NCBI GenBank assembly: GCA_024635925.1
Contig: JAGXHY010000025.1
Coordinates: forward strand, 27,940 to 91,939
Direction: 5' to 3'
DNA from: Bacillota bacterium
GTDB taxonomy: Bacteria > Bacillota > TC1
DNA: 64,000 nt
Of the stretch, positions 59,144 through 64,000 are shown in pieces. Below the pieces are notes generated by a model. The model had not been told where the DNA came from and made no database searches. It saw only the letters and a program-made list of their open reading frames with translations. The translations under genes and the position numbers were made by a program. Each line of letters starts with the position of its first letter. Position 1 is the first letter of the stretch.

Positions 59144-60452
59144 TATTTAAACCCTTTATAAATTCTTCTAAAAAATTCAGACTTCTTGTAGCAAGTTTTT
59201 CTTTCTTTAGTTTCTTGTCTCTAATTTGTTCATCTAAAGGTGGTAATAAACCAAAATTTGCATTCATTGGTTCTAGTTTATGAGAACCTTTATCAGTACT
59301 TATATATTTCATTAAAGCACCAACCATTGTTTCTTTTGGAAAATTCAAATAACATTTGTGTTCTATTTTATTAGCTATTTGCATAGCACACACTAAACCA
59401 CTTGCCGCACTTTCAACATAACCTTCAACACCTGATATTTGACCTGCTATAAATACATTGTTAAAGTTTCCTAGGTTCCCAAATTCAGTTAAAACCTTAG
59501 GACTATTAATAAAAGTGTTTCTGTGCACAACACCGTATCTTAAAATTTCTGCGGATTCAAGTCCAGGTATCATCTGAATTAACTCTCTTTGAGCAGAAAA
59601 AACTAGCCCAGTTTGAAAACCAACCATATTATACATTGTTTTTTCTTCGTTCTCTGCTCTTAGCTGAACAACAGCCTGGTGTCTTTCTCCATTTTTACTT
59701 AAACCAACTGGTTTTAAAGGTCCAAAAAGAAGAGTCTTTTCACCTCTTCTAGCCATTTCTTCAATTGGCATACAGCCATTAAAATATTTTTCTTTTTCAC
59801 CTTTTAAATGAGGAATATTTTTTTCACTTTTAATCAATTTTTGATAAAAAATCTCATATTCATTCTTATCCATAGGTGCATTTAAATAATCTGTTGGATT
59901 ACCTTTGTCATATCTACTAGCATAAAATACTTTATCCATGTTAATTGATTCAGCTGAAACAATAGGAGCAGAACCATCATAAAAATAACAAAATTCTTCT
60001 CCAATTAACCTTTTTAATTCTTCTAATAAAGGTCCCTCTGTTAATGGACCTGAAGATACAATAGTCAATTTAGTGTTATCTATTTTACTAAATTCTTCAT
60101 ATATCACCTCTATATTAGGGTGTCCATGTATTTTTTCAGTAATATATTGAGAAAACTTTGTTCTATCGACAGCTAATGCCCCACCAGCTGGAACTTCATT
60201 TTTAATTGCGGCTTCCATAAATAGACTATCTAATTCTAGTAGTTCTTTTTTTAATAAACCAACTCCCTGGCTTATATCATTACCTCTAAAGGAATTACTA
60301 CAAACTAATTCAGCCAAAAGATCAGATTTTTGAGCTTCATTTCTTTCAATTTTCTTTTTTTCATAAAGTTTTATTTTTATCCCTCTTTGGGCTAAATAAT
60401 ACGCAGCTTCACAACCAGCTAAACCTCCACCAATAATATTAATTTCTTCCAT
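59136..60452 (-). CDS. trmFO: methylenetetrahydrofolate--tRNA-(uracil54-C5)-methyltransferase TrmFO
   Basis: IIGGGLAGCEAA FAD motif, LVCSNS and GQI.G.EGY.ES. Confidence 0.95.
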   Translation of the reverse strand: MEEINIIGGGLAGCEAAYYLAQRGIKIKLYEKKKIERNEAQKSDLLAELVCSNSFRGNDISQGVGLLKKELLELDSLFMEAAIKNEVPAGGALAVDRTKFSQYITEKIHGHPNIEVIYEEFSKIDNTKLTIVSSGPLTEGPLLEELKRLIGEEFCYFYDGSAPIVSAESINMDKVFYASRYDKGNPTDYLNAPMDKNEYEIFYQKLIKSEKNIPHLKGEKEKYFNGCMPIEEMARRGEKTLLFGPLKPVGLSKNGERHQAVVQLRAENEEKTMYNMVGFQTGLVFSAQRELIQMIPGLESAEILRYGVVHRNTFINSPKVLTEFGNLGNFNNVFIAGQISGVEGYVESAASGLVCAMQIANKIEHKCYLNFPKETMVGALMKYISTDKGSHKLEPMNANFGLLPPLDEQIRDKKLKKEKLATRSLNFLEEFIKGLNNG

Positions 60453-62527
60453 TATTCCTCACCCTGCTCGATTTTCTCCCTTTTATATTTACAACTTGAA
60501 CAAGCTATTATTTTTCCTTTATCCAATAAAATATCTCCACATTCGGGACATTTTTCATCTATCGGCTTACTCCAAAAAGAAGTGTTACATTCAGGATAAT
60601 TACTACATCCATAAAAAACTCTACCTGATTTAGTTCTTTTCACAACAACTTCTCCATCACAATTAGGACAAGGTACCCCAATTTTTTCTACAAGAACCTT
60701 AGTATTTCTACATTCAGGAAAACCTGGACAAGCTAGAAATTTACCAAATCTACCATTTTTTATGACCATATTGCGACCACATTTTTCACATATAATATCA
60801 GTCACTTCATCAAGTGGCTTTTCTAAAACTATTTTTGCGATTTCTACTTCGGCTTTTTCTAATATTGATTCAAATGGCCCATAAAAATCTCTAATTATCT
60901 TTTTCCATTCTCTTTTTCCATCAGCAACTAAATCTAATTCATGTTCTAATTTGGATGTGAACTTCACATTAATAACATTTTGGAAATAACCATTTAATAG
61001 TTCAAGCACTAATCTACCTAATTCTGTACTGTAAAGAATCTTCTTTTCTCTAGCTACATAACCTCTTTTAATAATTGTATCCATTATAGATGAGTATGTG
61101 CTTGGTCTGCCAATACCTAAACTTTCTAGTTTTTTTATCAGAGTTGCTTCTGTGTATCTTTGTGGTGGTTGAGTAAAGTGTTGGTTACCTAAAATAGATT
61201 CAATGGAAAGAGACTCTCCCTCTTTAATTTCTGGTAATAAATTGTCCCCTTCTTCTTTATCAGTACCAACAATCAAATAACCTTTGAATTTGAGTTTACT
61301 CCCTATTGTTTTAAATAAATATTCTCCCACTTTTATTTCTACAGTCATTTGATCATAAATGGCAGAAGGCATTTCACTTGCCAAAAATCTTTCCCAAATT
61401 AGTTTATATAATTTAAATTGATCTTTTGTTAATAAAGGCTTTAAATCCTTTGGTGTTCTATTAATAGATGTTGGTCTTATAGCTTCATGTGCATCTTGAG
61501 CTTTATTGCTTATTTTATATAATCTAGTTTTGGCAGGTATATATTCTTCTCCATAAACACTTTTTATAAAATCTTTAGTTTCTTCTTTTGCAGTTGGTGA
61601 AATTCTAGTAGAGTCAGTTCTCATATAAGTAATTAAACCAACTAAGCCACCATTGCCCTTGCCTAAATCTATACCTTCATATAGTTCTTGAGCAATTTGC
61701 ATTGTCCTTTTACTAGTATAATTTAAAACATTAGCAGCTTTTTGTTGCAATGTGCTAGTTATAAATGGAGGTTTTGGATTATTTTTTTTGTCCTTCACTT
61801 TAATACTACTTACAATTGCTTCATTCTTTTTAATTTGATCAATATGTTCTTGTGTTGTTTTTCCTTCTATCAGCTTTAATTTATTACCCTGATACTTAAA
61901 AAGTTGACTAGTTAAGCACTTTTTATCTTGTTTGCAAAACTTACCTTCAATATCCCAATATTCTTCTTCAATAAATGATTCAATTTCTTTTTCTCTATCT
62001 ATTATTAGTTGAACTGTTACCGATTGTACCCTGCCAGCAGATAAACCCTTCTTGATTTTTTTCCAAAGCAATGGACTAAGTTTATATCCAACAATCCTAT
62101 CTAATACTCTTCTTGCTTGTTGAGCATCAACTAAACTTTGGTCAATTTTCCTTGGACTTTTAACAGCTGCCTTTATTGCGCTTTCGGTTATTTCATTAAA
62201 CACAATTCTACTTAGGGCATCTTCTTTTAAGCCTAAAGCATTACTCAAATGCCATGCTATTGCTTCACCTTCTCTATCAAGGTCAGTAGCCAACAATATT
62301 TTTGAAGCCCCTTTAGCTGCATCCTTAATTTCTTTTAAAATCTTTGATTTACCACGAACTGTGATATATTTTGGTTTAAAGTCATTTTCTAGATCAACAC
62401 CTAATGTACTTTTAGGTAAATCGATTATATGACCTACTGATGATTTAACTGTATAATTAGAACCTAAATATTTCTTTATAGTCTTCGCCTTTGATGGTGA
62501 TTCAACTATGATAAGATTTTTAGCCAT
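60452..62527 (-). CDS. topA: DNA topoisomerase I
   Basis: Toprim domain (LIIVESPSKAKTI), the catalytic-Tyr region (ITYMRTDS) and three C-terminal Cys4 zinc ribbons. Confidence 0.98.
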   Translation of the reverse strand: MAKNLIIVESPSKAKTIKKYLGSNYTVKSSVGHIIDLPKSTLGVDLENDFKPKYITVRGKSKILKEIKDAAKGASKILLATDLDREGEAIAWHLSNALGLKEDALSRIVFNEITESAIKAAVKSPRKIDQSLVDAQQARRVLDRIVGYKLSPLLWKKIKKGLSAGRVQSVTVQLIIDREKEIESFIEEEYWDIEGKFCKQDKKCLTSQLFKYQGNKLKLIEGKTTQEHIDQIKKNEAIVSSIKVKDKKNNPKPPFITSTLQQKAANVLNYTSKRTMQIAQELYEGIDLGKGNGGLVGLITYMRTDSTRISPTAKEETKDFIKSVYGEEYIPAKTRLYKISNKAQDAHEAIRPTSINRTPKDLKPLLTKDQFKLYKLIWERFLASEMPSAIYDQMTVEIKVGEYLFKTIGSKLKFKGYLIVGTDKEEGDNLLPEIKEGESLSIESILGNQHFTQPPQRYTEATLIKKLESLGIGRPSTYSSIMDTIIKRGYVAREKKILYSTELGRLVLELLNGYFQNVINVKFTSKLEHELDLVADGKREWKKIIRDFYGPFESILEKAEVEIAKIVLEKPLDEVTDIICEKCGRNMVIKNGRFGKFLACPGFPECRNTKVLVEKIGVPCPNCDGEVVVKRTKSGRVFYGCSNYPECNTSFWSKPIDEKCPECGDILLDKGKIIACSSCKYKREKIEQGEE

Positions 62528-62555
62528 TTATTCCTCCTTGGTTGATATAATGGTT

Positions 62556-62584
62556 ATTCTACACAAACAATTTTTCTATTGCAA
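62556..62584 (-). promoter_or_regulatory. putative topA promoter
   Basis: Minus strand TTGCAA, 17 nt, then TAGAAT. Confidence 0.5.
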
Positions 62585-62631
62585 GTATATTGTTAAAATA
62601 TTCAACAGTATTATAGAAGATAAACGGAGAA

Positions 62632-63417
62632 TTAGAACCTCAAAATATGTTTTTTCAGCTCACTAATTCGATATCCTGGTATATCAACACTTTCATATAT
62701 TTCATTAGTTATATAAATATCTTTACCTAAATCCAATGCATAATCTAAAGTTATAAAAGATCCACTTTTTTTATTTGCATAAATAATTACTAATAATTCA
62801 CCTAAGGCAGCAATAATTCTGTTTCTTCTAGGGAAATGCCATGGTAAGGGTTTTGCCCCTAGAGGAAATTCAGTTATTAAACAACCATATTTTCCAACCT
62901 TAGAATACAATATTTTATTATTATATGGATATACAATATCTATACCACAACCTAAAACTCCTATGCTTTTGTTACATCCATCATGAAAATAAGCATCTAC
63001 ACCTTTGGCTAAACCACTAACACCTATTTGGAAAAGTTTATTTAAACCTTTTCCTAAGTTTTTAGCTTTTTTTAAATATCTCTCAGATGAATTCCTACTA
63101 CCAACAACTGCAATTAGTTTTCTTTCTAACAAATTAATATTACCTATATAATAGAGGGCTATGGGTGGATTAATTGAAAATCTAAGCTTTGATGGATACA
63201 TTTCATCATATATTGTTATGATTTTAAAACCTAGTTTCAATCTCATAATTTCAAATTGCTTGTAATCCGTATTTTCCACGTTCAAATTGTTAATCATAAG
63301 ATATTTAGCCAAAAAATTTTTTTCGGTTATATTTTGCATATAATCTATATACATAAGTTTCATGATTTTGTGATTATAGGCATATTCAATTATTTTGGAC
63401 CATAAATATGTTCTCAT
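62632..63417 (-). CDS. dprA: DNA-processing protein DprA (canonical paralog)
   Basis: YPSKLRFSINPPIALYYIGN, IAVVGSRNSS, VSGLAKGVDAYFH, GCGIDIVYP and FPRRNRIIAALG. Conserved position upstream of topA. Confidence 0.9.
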   Translation of the reverse strand: MRTYLWSKIIEYAYNHKIMKLMYIDYMQNITEKNFLAKYLMINNLNVENTDYKQFEIMRLKLGFKIITIYDEMYPSKLRFSINPPIALYYIGNINLLERKLIAVVGSRNSSERYLKKAKNLGKGLNKLFQIGVSGLAKGVDAYFHDGCNKSIGVLGCGIDIVYPYNNKILYSKVGKYGCLITEFPLGAKPLPWHFPRRNRIIAALGELLVIIYANKKSGSFITLDYALDLGKDIYITNEIYESVDIPGYRISELKKHILRF

Positions 63418-63497
63418 CTTTTAAATTTCCTTGTTTTTTGCAATTAATTCCAATATACTAATAATGTATGTTATTAAAAAGTATAGGAGGTATGTAA

Positions 63498-64000
63498 TTG
63501 TCTTTAAAATGTGGAATAGTTGGTCTACCAAATGTAGGCAAATCAACTTTATTTAATGCTATAACCCTAGCAGGTGCAGAATCTGCAAATTACCCTTTTT
63601 GTACTATAGAACCTAACGTTGGAGTTGTAGCAGTCCCTGATAATAGATTAAACAATTTGAGCGAACTTTATAACTCGAAAAAAACGATTCCCACAACCTA
63701 TGAATTTGTTGATATTGCAGGTTTAGTTGCTGGCGCTAGTAAAGGTGAAGGACTTGGCAATCAATTCCTTGCTCATATTAGAGAAGTAGATGCAATAGCT
63801 CAAGTGGTTCGTTGTTTTGAGGATTCAAATATTACTCATGTTTCAGGCAAAGTACGCCCAGGAGATGACATTGATATTATTAATCTTGAGCTAATACTTG
63901 CTGATCTTGATTCTATGGAAAAGCGACTTGATAAACTTAAAAGTAAAATAAAATCTAAAGATAAAGAAAGTATTCAGGAATATGCAATTGTTGAAAGAAT
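63498..64000 (+). CDS. ychF: redox-regulated ATPase YchF (5' part, runs off the right edge)
   Basis: Own translation from TTG at 63498, with AGGAGG 7 nt upstream: (M)[22 protein letters not shown]...[13 protein letters not shown]. Confidence 0.92.
   Translation, partial: MSLKCGIVGLPNVGKSTLFNAITLAGAESANYPFCTIEPNVGVVAVPDNRLNNLSELYNSKKTIPTTYEFVDIAGLVAGASKGEGLGNQFLAHIREVDAIAQVVRCFEDSNITHVSGKVRPGDDIDIINLELILADLDSMEKRLDKLKSKIKSKDKESIQEYAIVER

Overview
This is a visibly AT-rich 64-kb chromosomal segment with the core gene order typical of low-GC Gram-positive (Bacillota-like) genomes. It uses the standard genetic code: TGG encodes Trp and TGA acts as a stop, for example at ribF. Almost every gene lies on the minus strand. 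The only plus-strand genes are a Crp/Fnr regulator, a small membrane protein, rpmB and ychF.

Reading the minus strand from right to left, the content is:
- dprA-topA-trmFO-xerC
- rimP-nusA-ylxR-infB-rbfA-nrnA-truB-ribF
- rpsO, an orphan Wzz-like gene, then pnp
- asp23-yloV-M16 peptidase-dut-sortase
- infC-rpmI-rplT
- a TrmH-type methyltransferase
- a glycolytic block: gap, an in-frame pgk-tpiA fusion, gpmI and eno
- secG-rnr-smpB
- a roughly 13-kb tightly packed unit: HTH-DprA-like, addB, addA, rmuC, MATE, MOP flippase, TraB
- a small accessory-looking island: a membrane protein, a DUF1858 redox protein, a Crp/Fnr regulator and a long fold-type II PLP enzyme
- M20 deacylase-rlmH-Cys-less Nfu-like-yerC
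- hisZGDBHAFIE plus a small membrane protein
- hrcA-grpE-dnaK-dnaJ with a near-consensus CIRCE element
- the 5' end of purB

I found no rRNA, tRNA, tmRNA, CRISPR array, transposase or prophage genes.

The most unusual items are:
- A second, divergent DprA paralog carries an N-terminal excisionase-type HTH and appears translationally coupled to addB-addA-rmuC.
- pgk and tpiA are fused in frame, one substitution away from a stop codon.
- A YerC/TrpR-like gene sits directly in front of the his operon, with a perfect TTGACA-17-TATAAT promoter and a palindrome at the junction.
- A Crp/Fnr plus DUF1858 pair occurs without an hcp gene, next to an oversized PLP enzyme.
- A Wzz-like gene is inserted between rpsO and pnp.
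- A 33-bp tandem repeat lies inside infB.

All functional calls come from motif recognition by eye. No database search was run.
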